Below are positions 1 to 8,841 of a stretch of DNA of 64,000 nucleotides, one piece after another. Position numbers and translations under genes: made by a program. Location: the IMG/VR virus record IMGVR_UViG_3300046167_000453, positions 7,694-71,693 of that record. The stretch is one strand, 5' to 3'. How positions within the stretch are numbered: position 1 is the first letter of the stretch; each line of letters opens with the position of its first letter. The stretch is from a virus. The notes beneath the pieces are model-generated. The model had not been told where the DNA came from and did not search any database. It was given only the letters and a program-made list of their open reading frames with translations.

Positions 1-421
1 TCTTTATCCATCAATGATGATTGCTCGCAATATTTCTTTTGAAACTAAAAGCGAAGAACCTACGGAGTTTGCAGTTAATATCGCTACTCCAAGAGACTTT
101 AGCCCTGTAACAAGAAAGCACATGTTGTATTACAAAACAGATAAATTGGGCTTATTGCCAAGAGCAGTTCTCGAATTGAAAGAGTTGCGAAATGAATATA
201 AGCGTCTTATGAGAGATGCGAGAGAAGCAGGAAACGATTCGGAAGTAGTTAAGTGGAATAACAATCAAATGGCTGTAAAGCGTTTAATGGCATCTTTTTA
301 TGGCATTGTTGCATTTCAAGGATTTGGTTGGGCTGATGTTAATTTGGCCGCAAGTATTACTGCAAGTGCAAGAGAAGCAATTAGATTAGCAGCATTCAAA
401 GCAAAGGAGATGAAAATATGA
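1..421 (+). CDS. polB: Family B DNA polymerase, N-terminal part (5' truncated by window; ends after motif B)
   Basis: Tail of motif A (LYPSMMIARNIS from base 3), GLLPRAVLELKELR, motif B QMAVKRLMASFYG and ASITASAR; stops before motif C. Confidence 0.92.
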   Translation, partial: LYPSMMIARNISFETKSEEPTEFAVNIATPRDFSPVTRKHMLYYKTDKLGLLPRAVLELKELRNEYKRLMRDAREAGNDSEVVKWNNNQMAVKRLMASFYGIVAFQGFGWADVNLAASITASAREAIRLAAFKAKEMKI

Positions 422-531
422 AATGTAAAAAACCATTAGCACACAACCCTCAATTTGAAGGAAAGCACCATTGTAAATTATGTGAAGGAGAGAAAAAAAA
501 TGGAGAAGGAAAAGAAAGAAACAATTTGTGA
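418..531 (+). CDS. 37-aa Cys/His micro-protein (MKCKKPLAHNPQFEGKHHCKLCEG...)
   Basis: Hand-translated; ATGA overlap with polB stop, GGAG upstream. Confidence 0.5.
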   Translation: MKCKKPLAHNPQFEGKHHCKLCEGEKKNGEGKERNNL

Positions 532-751
532 CATAACTGAAAGATGTGGTAAAATAATTTATCCTGATGCTAATAAGGTTCATGGACTTGTAATGGAGAA
601 GAGAAAAGAAGGTATTAAGTTAAATTATTATTACTGCGAGTATTGTTTGGGTTTTCATACAACGAGTATGACTATGAAGCAACAGAGGCAATACTTGTTC
701 AGCATTGAAAAGTCACACAGATACAGAAGAAAGAAGGAGGAATCAAAATGA
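500..751 (+). CDS. Small Zn-finger protein
   Basis: C..C and YYCEYCLGFH motif; ATG at 500 preceded by AGGAG. Confidence 0.6.
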   Translation: MEKEKKETICDITERCGKIIYPDANKVHGLVMEKRKEGIKLNYYYCEYCLGFHTTSMTMKQQRQYLFSIEKSHRYRRKKEESK

Positions 752-945
752 AATTAATAGAAAAGTGGGTCATGGAATCAATCAATAGCCTTAATACAAC
801 ATTTACAGTAGAAGAAGTAAGAGATAATATTATATCCAAAAAAGGTAATAGTCTTATTATTGGAAGTAATACCCAACTTGCATCTTATTGTAGAAGGCAT
901 GGTTATAGGATTGGCCCAATGACATATAGGAGGAAAAGAATATGA
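748..945 (+). CDS. Small putative winged-helix DNA-binding protein
   Basis: W...I....FTVEEV pattern shared with the next ORF; AGGAGG SD. Confidence 0.55.
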   Translation: MKLIEKWVMESINSLNTTFTVEEVRDNIISKKGNSLIIGSNTQLASYCRRHGYRIGPMTYRRKRI

Positions 946-1154
946 CTAAAATGAATTCTAGAATGAGAGGATGGATTGATAAAGCAATAGTGGGTCAAGA
1001 AGAACCATTTACTGCTAGAGAAATATATGAAAAGATACTTAGGGATAGACCTAATTCAAACTACATAACGAGTGTATATTCAGTGGGTTCATACTTAAGT
1101 AGAATTTGTATCAAGCAAAGAAATAAAGAATATAATATATATTGGAGGAAATAA
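942..1154 (+). CDS. Small putative winged-helix DNA-binding protein (paralog of 748-945)
   Basis: WIDKAI...EPFTAREIYEKI...SVGSYL; coupled ATGA junction. Confidence 0.55.
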   Translation: MTKMNSRMRGWIDKAIVGQEEPFTAREIYEKILRDRPNSNYITSVYSVGSYLSRICIKQRNKEYNIYWRK

Positions 1155-1155
1155 C

Positions 1156-1326
1156 ATGAGAACAAAAATAGTAACAGTTAAAGTATCGTATGATACAGAA
1201 GAAACATGGGATATTACCATGCAAGAAATAAAAGAAATATTTCAAATGATGAATAACTTGAAGCGTCATGCTATTATTTTAGAAGTTGAGCAGGGTGTCA
1301 ATTATGATGATGGACAGAACGAATGA
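1156..1326 (+). CDS. 56-aa hypothetical protein (MRTKIVTVKVSYD...)
   Basis: Hand-translated; GGAGG SD; fills the gap in the operon. Confidence 0.55.
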   Translation: MRTKIVTVKVSYDTEETWDITMQEIKEIFQMMNNLKRHAIILEVEQGVNYDDGQNE

Positions 1327-1435
1327 GTTATTAGAAGAATTGCTGGCTATGATAGCAAGAAGTAATAAGATATTGATGATGGTAAATATCGTGAACATAG
1401 CGACCATTATAACAATAATTACGGTGGTAATATGA
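1304..1435 (+). CDS. 43-aa membrane micro-protein with a C-terminal TM helix
   Basis: MMMDRTNELLEELL...ILMMVNIVNIATIITIITVVI. Confidence 0.5.
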   Translation: MMMDRTNELLEELLAMIARSNKILMMVNIVNIATIITIITVVI

Positions 1436-1596
1436 ACGAATTGAAAGAAATGAAAAAGAAAATTAAGATGCTAGAAGACGAATTGGCTGAATTGTATAAA
1501 GACAATAAGGCACTTACTAAGATGTATAAGGCAATTCAAGAATTACAAGAACAACATGACGCACCTGCGGCCAAGTTTACATATTATTTGGGATGA
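1432..1596 (+). CDS. 54-aa coiled-coil protein
   Basis: MNELKEMKKKIKMLEDELAELYK...; GGTGG SD, ATGA overlap. Confidence 0.55.
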   Translation: MNELKEMKKKIKMLEDELAELYKDNKALTKMYKAIQELQEQHDAPAAKFTYYLG

Positions 1597-1600
1597 TTAG

Positions 1601-1789
1601 ATGAGAAAAAACATCGAGAAAATTGTTTATTTTATTAAAGAATACATTAGGGAACAAAAGAGAATAGACTGGGAAAGAAGATACAATATTTACTGGAAAG
1701 TTGATGAACAAGAAGAAAAGAGACTTAAAGAAATGTTTGGTGAAAACCCCTACAATAAAAAGAAAAATTTTTGGGATGATTATGTATGA
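1601..1789 (+). CDS. Hypothetical protein
   Basis: ORF track; overlaps the start of polB part 2 (ATGA). Confidence 0.55.
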   Translation: MRKNIEKIVYFIKEYIREQKRIDWERRYNIYWKVDEQEEKRLKEMFGENPYNKKKNFWDDYV

Positions 1790-2670
1790 AGGTAGTATAT
1801 GGACACACTGATTCAATCTATGTTCAAATAGATTCAGTAGAAGAAGCACAAGTAGCAATTAAAGAAATAGAAGCATCAGTGAGAGAACACTTTCCTAATG
1901 TAATGCAACTTGAACAACACCCCGTTGTATTAGAATTCGAGAAATACTATTCGGCATTGGGCGTTGGAACAACTAAAAATAGAAATGCAGGTATGATTAC
2001 TTGGGATGATGGAGAATGGTTAAAAGAACCCAAGTTTACTATGACTGGCTTTACTGCTAAAAGGGTAAGCGAAACTCCCTTTGCGAAAGAAATTCAAACG
2101 AGCGCACTAAAACAATGGGTAAATCAAGAACCGTTGGGCAGAATAAATATTAGGTTATTTAACTTATATTCTTCTGTATTGAAAGGAGAGATACCCGTAT
2201 CTTCTCTAATTAAGAGAAGTCGGTTAAAAAGTGAAAGATTTAGCGTTAAGTGTAACGAATGCAATTCTAAGTATAACTTGCATGAATGTTTAGATATTAA
2301 GTGGTGTCTAAAATGTGGAACAGATACAAGACAATTTGTTACATTACAAAATAAAAGACCTAGTGTTGGGTCAGGAATTGCAGGGGTTCTTTACGCTAAA
2401 CAAAAACATGATATGAGTTTTGATGATTCATATTTATTTATGAAGGTAAAGCATAACGATACCTTCATAAACCCATTGACTAAGGAAGAAAAAGTCGTAG
2501 AGTATATGTCCGGCACAACCTATGAGGACTTTAATGATTATGAGCCGGATTGGGAACACTACGCACAACAGGTCTTGAAAAAGGCCGAACCAATTTATCG
2601 AGCGATGGATTGGGACTTATCAAGTATAAGAACAGGAAAATTACAAACAAAATTAGAGGATTGGTTTTAA
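1786..2670 (+). CDS. polB: Family B DNA polymerase, C-terminal part (motif C, thumb with Zn-finger insertion)
   Basis: Motif C variant VVYGHTDSIYV, LEFEKYY, KNRNAG, CNEC...CLKC insertion, C-terminal PIP-box-like QTKLEDWF. Confidence 0.92.
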   Translation: MKVVYGHTDSIYVQIDSVEEAQVAIKEIEASVREHFPNVMQLEQHPVVLEFEKYYSALGVGTTKNRNAGMITWDDGEWLKEPKFTMTGFTAKRVSETPFAKEIQTSALKQWVNQEPLGRINIRLFNLYSSVLKGEIPVSSLIKRSRLKSERFSVKCNECNSKYNLHECLDIKWCLKCGTDTRQFVTLQNKRPSVGSGIAGVLYAKQKHDMSFDDSYLFMKVKHNDTFINPLTKEEKVVEYMSGTTYEDFNDYEPDWEHYAQQVLKKAEPIYRAMDWDLSSIRTGKLQTKLEDWF

Positions 2671-2671
2671 C

Positions 2672-3601
2672 ATGGAACAAGATGAAAAATATAATGCGGT
2701 AATTTCCGCTATGAGCGAATATACCTATGACTGGAAGCCGGAGAATTACGATGACCCGTCTATGCCAATATTAAAAATAACCAAGTCTTCGCTTGGTTCT
2801 TTTGGTTGGTGTAATAAAAAGTATGACTTTTCATACATTCAACGATTGCCACAAGACCAAAGCGAGGCTATGCGTAAAGGAACTGTGCTTCACAATCATA
2901 GAGAAGACTATTTTAACGAGTTTGATATTAAGAAAGTAGATTCAATGACTGCTGATGAGGTGGGGGAATACATAACAGGAATAACACCTATTGATGAATA
3001 CTATGATATTTCATTAAACATAGCATCGTTTGAAACAAACCGATATTTACAAGCAAGAGCAGAAAATAAGACTGATGAATACTTACCTGTATGTAACGAA
3101 GGAAAGTTTGATGCTGAAATAGTTATACCTAAAGGCCCATACAAGGGTGATGCCTCACTTAATTACCAACCGTTTACTTTACAGCGTGATTATAAGATTC
3201 ATATTCAAGGAATCATTGATAGAATATTTATGGAAGATGGGGGATATGTTCCCTTTGAGTTCAAAACTGGGCCGTGGAAGGATTACAAGGCCGGTGATAT
3301 GAGGAAAGAAATGGCGTTTTATCAATTGCTAATTGAAAATGCTGATGATGAAGTCTTGATTAAGAACGGCCTACGCCCTAATGTGCCTGTTACTCATTGG
3401 GGTTGGTATTATCCTGTTTCAAACTATGTCTTTGCTCAACCTGTTAAGACTCGTTCTATGACTTCTGTTATGTTTGGTATTGCTAAACTTCTTAGAGCGT
3501 ATGAAATGAAACAGTTTCCGACTAAGTTTTATTATAAGACCTGTTCTTTTTGTAGTTTCTTTGGAATATGTGATGCCGCACAAGAAGATACATGGGTGTG
3601 A
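2672..3601 (+). CDS. Cas4/AddB-like PD-(D/E)xK nuclease with Fe-S cysteines
   Basis: SSLGSFGWC, GTVLH, GIIDR...EFKTG, C-terminal CSFCSFFGIC. Confidence 0.85.
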   Translation: MEQDEKYNAVISAMSEYTYDWKPENYDDPSMPILKITKSSLGSFGWCNKKYDFSYIQRLPQDQSEAMRKGTVLHNHREDYFNEFDIKKVDSMTADEVGEYITGITPIDEYYDISLNIASFETNRYLQARAENKTDEYLPVCNEGKFDAEIVIPKGPYKGDASLNYQPFTLQRDYKIHIQGIIDRIFMEDGGYVPFEFKTGPWKDYKAGDMRKEMAFYQLLIENADDEVLIKNGLRPNVPVTHWGWYYPVSNYVFAQPVKTRSMTSVMFGIAKLLRAYEMKQFPTKFYYKTCSFCSFFGICDAAQEDTWV

Positions 3602-3605
3602 TATT

Positions 3606-3746
3606 ATGGATGATATGCAAAAAATAGCCTTTGATGCAATAACTATTCTATCTCACTTAGGTAAATACGATGAAGATACATTGGGATATGCGAGAGCATT
3701 ACTAAATAGATATGAAGGTGTGATAAATGGACAACGAAATGATTAA
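3606..3746 (+). CDS. Small hypothetical protein
   Basis: ORF in tight operon; likely start MDDMQK after a GGGTGTGA SD. Confidence 0.5.
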   Translation: MDDMQKIAFDAITILSHLGKYDEDTLGYARALLNRYEGVINGQRND

Positions 3747-4101
3747 ACTGAAAGTATTAGCAAGGTCTTGGACATTCTCGGAAATATCTAATCTCAAAAA
3801 GACAATAGATGTTCTTTGTAGCGAGATATATAACGAGTCTAAACTAAGTGAAAGATTTAACTTAGTTAGAGAAGTTAAAATAAATGAAGGGTTTGTTGGA
3901 CACACATTTGAAGATGTAATGAGACAGGCTATAAAAATAAAACTATCTGGTGAAATAGCCGGAGTAATTAGAGAAATGCTAGATACAGCAACCGTAGATT
4001 TTGGAGGGAATAAAAATGAAATATCCGAGGGAAGTATGGGCGGGAAGCCACATAAAGAACGCACCACAAATGAAAAGAAGAGTAGTCTTATCGAAGATTG
4101 A
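3727..4101 (+). CDS. Hypothetical protein
   Basis: ORF track; GGTGTGA SD; in replication operon. Confidence 0.6.
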   Translation: MDNEMIKLKVLARSWTFSEISNLKKTIDVLCSEIYNESKLSERFNLVREVKINEGFVGHTFEDVMRQAIKIKLSGEIAGVIREMLDTATVDFGGNKNEISEGSMGGKPHKERTTNEKKSSLIED

Positions 4102-5068
4102 ATACATTAATTTTGTCAATGCACAAAACAATAGAACTAATGTATATACAACAGTATATGATTTCGAGCATTTTTCAGAAACTGCAAAAATAGATTCTTC
4201 TGTAATACTAGATAGAATTTTTCTTGACTTTGACGCACATGGAGAAAGAATCGAAAAAGCATTTAGGGATGTTAAAGTAATAATGGAATTGGTATTAGAA
4301 CAAGAATTTGAATATACTTTATTTTTCTCAGGTCGGGGTTTTCATATGTTTATTTTTGGTGAATTGGTAGAAGACATGAGAAGTATTCAATATTTCTTTA
4401 GGGAAATTAAAAAGTATTTAATTTCAAAGGTGGGTGATGACATTACTCTTGATGATAGAGTGGGTCAAAAGACCCGACTAAGAAGAGTTCCCAATACTGT
4501 AAATATGGCTTCTGCTGATAGTAACGGTAATCCGTATTATTGCATCCCTTTGCTAGAAGAAGACCTTTCTAAAGACATAAGCGAAATACTTTCTTTAGCA
4601 TCAAACATGCGCCTTATCCCCTTCCGTAAGGGTGGTAAAAACAAGGCCAAGTTTCCCGATGCACCCCCCATTGAAGAGGTTGGAGGCGAGGTTTCTGTGC
4701 CTAAGCATACGGGTAAATTGCCAATGTTGCCATGTTTACACAATGCTATTATGGTAGAGAATCCTTCACATATGGCGAGAGCATACCTCGTTTCATGGTA
4801 TAGAGATTTATTGACGCAAAGAAGAAAATTAACAACGACAGAACAAAAGCAACAAGTTTTAGAAATTATAGTAGAAGAAATAAAAAACCTAGTAGAAACT
4901 AATGAAGGAATATGGCTAGACTGGAATGAATACGAAACAAGAAAACACGCTCGATTTACAGTGTTTGGTAATTATAAAACACCATTCTGTAAGACTGTGC
5001 TAATCCCCGATGGGTATTGTGTGGGGAAGTGTTGGCGATACCCGACCTTTTTAGATAAGGAGGACTAA
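4016..5068 (+). CDS. Archaeo-eukaryotic primase, catalytic domain fused to a PriL-like Fe-S C-terminal domain
   Basis: FLDFD, FSGRGFH, RLRRVPNT motifs; C-terminal LPCL...HMAR...PFC...GYCVGKC. Confidence 0.88.
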   Translation: MKYPREVWAGSHIKNAPQMKRRVVLSKIEYINFVNAQNNRTNVYTTVYDFEHFSETAKIDSSVILDRIFLDFDAHGERIEKAFRDVKVIMELVLEQEFEYTLFFSGRGFHMFIFGELVEDMRSIQYFFREIKKYLISKVGDDITLDDRVGQKTRLRRVPNTVNMASADSNGNPYYCIPLLEEDLSKDISEILSLASNMRLIPFRKGGKNKAKFPDAPPIEEVGGEVSVPKHTGKLPMLPCLHNAIMVENPSHMARAYLVSWYRDLLTQRRKLTTTEQKQQVLEIIVEEIKNLVETNEGIWLDWNEYETRKHARFTVFGNYKTPFCKTVLIPDGYCVGKCWRYPTFLDKED

Positions 5069-5069
5069 T

Positions 5070-5765
5070 ATGTTAATTATAGATAGTAGAGAAAAAGAAG
5101 GCTCGAAACTAGTAAAATTAGTTGAGAGTAAGGCGAAAGCACTTAATATCCAAACGGAAAAGAAGTGGCTTGAAATAGGAGATTATGTTTTTGATGATGT
5201 TTGTTTTGAAGCCAAATCAACAACAGATTTTTTAGGTTCTGTAATAAGTAAAAGACTTTGGACACAAATAGATAATATGGATAGACACTACAAGACAAAT
5301 GTAGTTATTATCTATGGCACAATCGAGGAAGCCATATTCAATGTGAAGAAATACTCAAAGGCAAACATACAAGAACCTGCTAGAAGTATTATGTTAAATA
5401 ATAAATTTCTAGGTGCAATAGGTAGAATTACATTAGATACTGATGTAAAGGCTTTTTGGACTCCAACCGAAGAAGAAGCCTCATTGATAATTACAGCAAT
5501 TTGTAAAATGAAACCAATAAAAAGAGATGTTATACGCCCCGAAGTATTCAAGCGTGTAACTACTGATGATTTAAGACTTGATGTTCTCACAAGTATTAAA
5601 GGAGTATCTATCAAAAAAGCCAAACTTCTTATTAAAGAGTTTGGTTCAGTGATGGAAATAGGAGAACAAACAGAAGAGGAATTACAGTTCCTTGAAGGCA
5701 TTGGCTTAGTATTAGCCTCTCGCATTCTAAATACTTTAAATTCAGAAAAGAAGGTGAAAATATGA
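5070..5765 (+). CDS. ERCC4/XPF-family nuclease with HhH motifs
   Basis: IIDSRE, LEIGDY, FEAKSTTDF, and two HhH motifs (IKGVS, LEGIG). Confidence 0.9.
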   Translation: MLIIDSREKEGSKLVKLVESKAKALNIQTEKKWLEIGDYVFDDVCFEAKSTTDFLGSVISKRLWTQIDNMDRHYKTNVVIIYGTIEEAIFNVKKYSKANIQEPARSIMLNNKFLGAIGRITLDTDVKAFWTPTEEEASLIITAICKMKPIKRDVIRPEVFKRVTTDDLRLDVLTSIKGVSIKKAKLLIKEFGSVMEIGEQTEEELQFLEGIGLVLASRILNTLNSEKKVKI

Positions 5766-7336
5766 GTGATGAATATGATGAAGAATATGAAAATGAAATC
5801 TTTGAAGACTATAAACAAGTGAGTGCCGTTTTTAAACAAAGCCTTCCGGCTATTGTTCAACAGTTTCAAATGTCAGCGGCGAATATATCGCACTACAATG
5901 AAACTCCTGCGGTTATGAGTTTCTTTACAATACTTGGACAGATATGTAAAGATTTTATTGCAATTCCGTTTGAAGAGGAATATGAAGATACTAGAATACA
6001 TATGTTACAAATACAAACATCTGGAACAGGTAAAACAGTATTGTCTAATTTTGTTCAACCTATTGCAAGAAGTGTTTTTGAAAAGATAAATGCTAAACAA
6101 AAGCACCCCTTTAACTTAAATGTCGAAGTGCCACTAAAAGATGCAAATGGTAATATTGAAAAAGACGCTGATGGTAATGCCATTATGCACTATGCAAGAA
6201 AACACTTTGATGTATTTTCTGTTCAAGTAGCAACATCAGCCGCACTTGTTGGGCATTATGCGCTACAAGACGAAATGGAAACAGATGATAATGGAAACTC
6301 CCGTTTAACTGGAAAGAAGATTTCAGTTAAAATGAACGGTGCTTTAGAAGGAAGTGGTTTAGCCCATTGGGATGAGTTTGAAAGGTCTGGTATTTTTAGC
6401 CCTAATTCTCATCAAGTGGATATGGTTGTATTTTTGAATACAATGCTAAATACATTACATGGTGATTCTTGGGTAATGAAAAAGCAACTGAAAGAAGGAG
6501 ATATTGTTGAGACATTTGGAGAGCGTTCTGTATTGGCTATGACTTATCCACCAACTGAATTAAGTAGAATTATGACAGAAACCGGACTACTACAAAGAAT
6601 GCTTTGTTATATTCGAGAAGTTCCCGAAGCAATTCAGCATAACATACGAAAGAAAAAGATTGCTAAGTTTGGTAAGTTCAAAGACAGACAAGGCCCAATG
6701 GATAAGTTTTCAGATGAGTTTATGAAAATGTATGATTTGGTATTAGAAAGATATGAAGAAGAATTGAAAGAAGGCAAATCAGAAATAGAAACTAAATGTA
6801 ATATGATGACTTATACTGATTCAGCAAACGATGTATTGGATTTGGAATATGAGAACATGGTAGGTTACATTAATGACTGTGGATTGTTTGTAAGAGAGGT
6901 AGCAAACTTGTTTATTAACCGATTGTATATCACTACCTCTAAATTAGCAGTATTGTGTTCAATTGCTCAAGCACCTTATATTAAGGATAAATCAAAGATG
7001 TTTCATGTTACGGGGCAAAATGTTAGACAGGCAGGGGCTATCACCCGACAATGTTATATGTCATTGGTAGAATGGCTTGAACGAAGCCTAAAGGAGAAGC
7101 GAATGACCTCTCCGGTTTTCAATTCAAAGCCATTCAAGGAAAAATACGAAGAGATGGCTAAAAAGACAGAAGACGGGTGGGTTAATCGAAAGTTGTATAT
7201 CTCTCAAATGTGCAAAGTTGTTAAAAAATCTAATGCTCAGGTAAATAGAGATTTTAAAGATAAAGTCCAAATGAATTTTGAACTCAAAAAACAAGGTAGG
7301 CAAAACTACATTAAACTAAAGGAAGTGAAAGTATGA
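5762..7336 (+). CDS. MCM-like AAA+ replicative helicase
   Basis: Walker A QTSGTGKT, TSAALVG, Walker B HWDEFE, Arg finger GLLQR, C-terminal wHTH-like region. Confidence 0.75.
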   Translation: MSDEYDEEYENEIFEDYKQVSAVFKQSLPAIVQQFQMSAANISHYNETPAVMSFFTILGQICKDFIAIPFEEEYEDTRIHMLQIQTSGTGKTVLSNFVQPIARSVFEKINAKQKHPFNLNVEVPLKDANGNIEKDADGNAIMHYARKHFDVFSVQVATSAALVGHYALQDEMETDDNGNSRLTGKKISVKMNGALEGSGLAHWDEFERSGIFSPNSHQVDMVVFLNTMLNTLHGDSWVMKKQLKEGDIVETFGERSVLAMTYPPTELSRIMTETGLLQRMLCYIREVPEAIQHNIRKKKIAKFGKFKDRQGPMDKFSDEFMKMYDLVLERYEEELKEGKSEIETKCNMMTYTDSANDVLDLEYENMVGYINDCGLFVREVANLFINRLYITTSKLAVLCSIAQAPYIKDKSKMFHVTGQNVRQAGAITRQCYMSLVEWLERSLKEKRMTSPVFNSKPFKEKYEEMAKKTEDGWVNRKLYISQMCKVVKKSNAQVNRDFKDKVQMNFELKKQGRQNYIKLKEVKV

Positions 7337-7554
7337 AATACGAAAATATATATGTCGTTTTTGACATAACAAAAGGGCCAAAAGTAATAATTGAAACACT
7401 GGACACATACGGTGATGAAGGTTGGGAATGTTGTAGTATGCTATCAGTTGGCAATATAAACATCGTTGCTTTCTTAAAGCGAAGGATTGGCGGAGAAGAA
7501 CCCGTTGATGAAGAAAGTGCGAAGATTTCAAAACTTTGGTCTAATGGTTCGTGA
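7333..7554 (+). CDS. DUF4177-like small protein
   Basis: LDTYGDEGWE...AFLKR pattern. Confidence 0.6.
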   Translation: MKYENIYVVFDITKGPKVIIETLDTYGDEGWECCSMLSVGNINIVAFLKRRIGGEEPVDEESAKISKLWSNGS

Positions 7555-7558
7555 TGCT

Positions 7559-8152
7559 ATGTCTGTATTAGCATTAGATATTGAGACTAAGAATATGTCT
7601 CACGAAATAGGGGGATTTGGTAATACTCATATGTTTCAAGTATCAACAGTGGCAACATGGGATGGGAATACAGGAACAGTCTATGTGGATGAAACCGTTG
7701 ATACTTTCGCAAAAAGCGGCCATGTTATTAAATCACTACAACAGTTAAAGTATGACTTAGACGACCATTTTCAAAAAGGTGGCAAGTTATTAGGACACAA
7801 CATTGTGGCGTTTGATTTGCCTATACTTAGAGACTCTATGGATATTTATTGTATTCACAAGTATTTGAACAACGAACAATACATTGACACAAGTAAAGAA
7901 TTACTTAAGGGTCATGGTGAAAGATTTCAACTCAAAAACTTAGTTAAATGCACTATGGATGACTCAAAGTTAATGGATAGTGCAGATGCACCTAAGTTAT
8001 GGAAAATGGGAAAATATGATGAAGTAGTAGAGTATTGCATGAAAGACACACAGTTAGTATATGACTTGTGGGGATATGGAAAAGAGAATGGTATTGTAAA
8101 AGCCTTCTCTATTGAAAAAGAAGAATTTATAGATTTAGGAGTTGATTGGTAA
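7559..8152 (+). CDS. DEDD / RNase H-fold 3'-5' exonuclease
   Basis: ALDIET, GHNIVAFDLP, YCMKDT (Exo I/II/III). Confidence 0.85.
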   Translation: MSVLALDIETKNMSHEIGGFGNTHMFQVSTVATWDGNTGTVYVDETVDTFAKSGHVIKSLQQLKYDLDDHFQKGGKLLGHNIVAFDLPILRDSMDIYCIHKYLNNEQYIDTSKELLKGHGERFQLKNLVKCTMDDSKLMDSADAPKLWKMGKYDEVVEYCMKDTQLVYDLWGYGKENGIVKAFSIEKEEFIDLGVDW

Positions 8153-8307
8153 TGTCCACAGCAGAATGGTTTGGCCTATTTATTTTCTTGATAGTAGTTT
8201 CGCTATTATTCTTTGCAGCGTTTGGTGGTTCTAATATCACTGAACACAGCGTAGATGAATACATTAAGCGACTACTTGGGGATAATAACGAAGGCGAGCA
8301 AAAATGA
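8152..8307 (+). CDS. 51-aa membrane protein
   Basis: Hand-translated MSTAEWFGLFIFLIVVSLLFFAAFGG...; TAATG coupling. Confidence 0.6.
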   Translation: MSTAEWFGLFIFLIVVSLLFFAAFGGSNITEHSVDEYIKRLLGDNNEGEQK

Positions 8308-8447
8308 GTTTAAAGCAAACTTGTAAGTATTGCGGAGAGAAAACTCTTGCGAAGCGTATATTGGGTTTCTATGTCGGGTCTAGCGACCAAAAGAAACTTT
8401 GGGAATGTAGAGAGTGTTTTGGTATTTGGAGTGTAACTACAAAGTAA
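8304..8447 (+). CDS. 47-aa Zn-ribbon protein with TFIIS/TFS-like spacing
   Basis: Hand-translated CKYC-x24-CREC-x3-W. Confidence 0.6.
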   Translation: MSLKQTCKYCGEKTLAKRILGFYVGSSDQKKLWECRECFGIWSVTTK

Positions 8448-8456
8448 AAAATATTT

Positions 8457-8495
8457 AGGATAGGTTGGCCTTCGGGTCAGCCTGTCCTTTTTTTT
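8457..8495 (+). terminator. Stem-loop with C(UUCG)G tetraloop plus T-tract ending the replication operon
   Basis: AGGATAGGTTGGCC-TTCG-GGTCAGCCTGTCCT followed by a T run. Confidence 0.75.
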
Positions 8496-8545
8496 ATGGA
8501 TTTTTTTTTCAAAAACTAAGTTAATAGTTTCTTCGTTTTTTAATT

Positions 8546-8620
8546 GAGCGTGTGGTGTAATGGATAGCATTTTGGCCTTCTAAGCCGAAGATACGGGTTC
8601 GATTCCTGTCACGCTCGCCA
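8546..8620 (+). tRNA. tRNA-Arg (anticodon TCT) with encoded CCA
   Basis: Acceptor GAGCGTG/CACGCTC + G + CCA; anticodon arm TTGGC-CTTCTAA-GCCGA; T-arm GGTTCGATTCC. Confidence 0.95.
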
Positions 8621-8621
8621 A

Positions 8622-8708
8622 TTAATTGAATAAATCTTCAGATAAAAACCAAAGCATCATAAACCCAAAAATAAAACTAATAGTAAAAGCAAAAAATAAA
8701 GGAATCAT
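8622..8708 (-). CDS. 28-aa single-TM micro-protein
   Basis: Hand-translated MIPLFFAFTISFIFGFMMLWFLSEDLFN; GAGGTG upstream. Confidence 0.45.
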   Translation of the reverse strand: MIPLFFAFTISFIFGFMMLWFLSEDLFN

Positions 8709-8815
8709 TAACCACACACCTCGCACATTAAATAATGAATGCTTGTCATAGCAATAGGAAAAGAAACTACTATTAATAATAATAGTGTTTTTGAAATCAT
8801 TTCATTAATATTCAT
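8708..8815 (-). CDS. 35-aa single-TM micro-protein
   Basis: Hand-translated MNINEMISKTLLLLIVVSFPIAMTSIHYLMCEVCG. Confidence 0.4.
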   Translation of the reverse strand: MNINEMISKTLLLLIVVSFPIAMTSIHYLMCEVCG

Positions 8816-8841
8816 AGTATCACATCAACCGTCTTTAGTTA

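Noticed and set aside
421-1786. Split intein or self-splicing intron in polB
   Set aside because: No Cys/Ser-start intein N-block or His-Asn C-block at the ends; the insert is fully packed with coupled ORFs, leaving no room for a ribozyme core
2672-3601. Cas4-like gene as evidence of a CRISPR-Cas system
   Set aside because: No repeat-spacer array or other cas genes seen; solo Cas4-like nucleases are common in archaeal virus replication modules
8310-8570. ORF-track 86-aa - strand ORF
   Set aside because: Overlaps the tRNA, the terminator and a better + strand Zn-ribbon ORF
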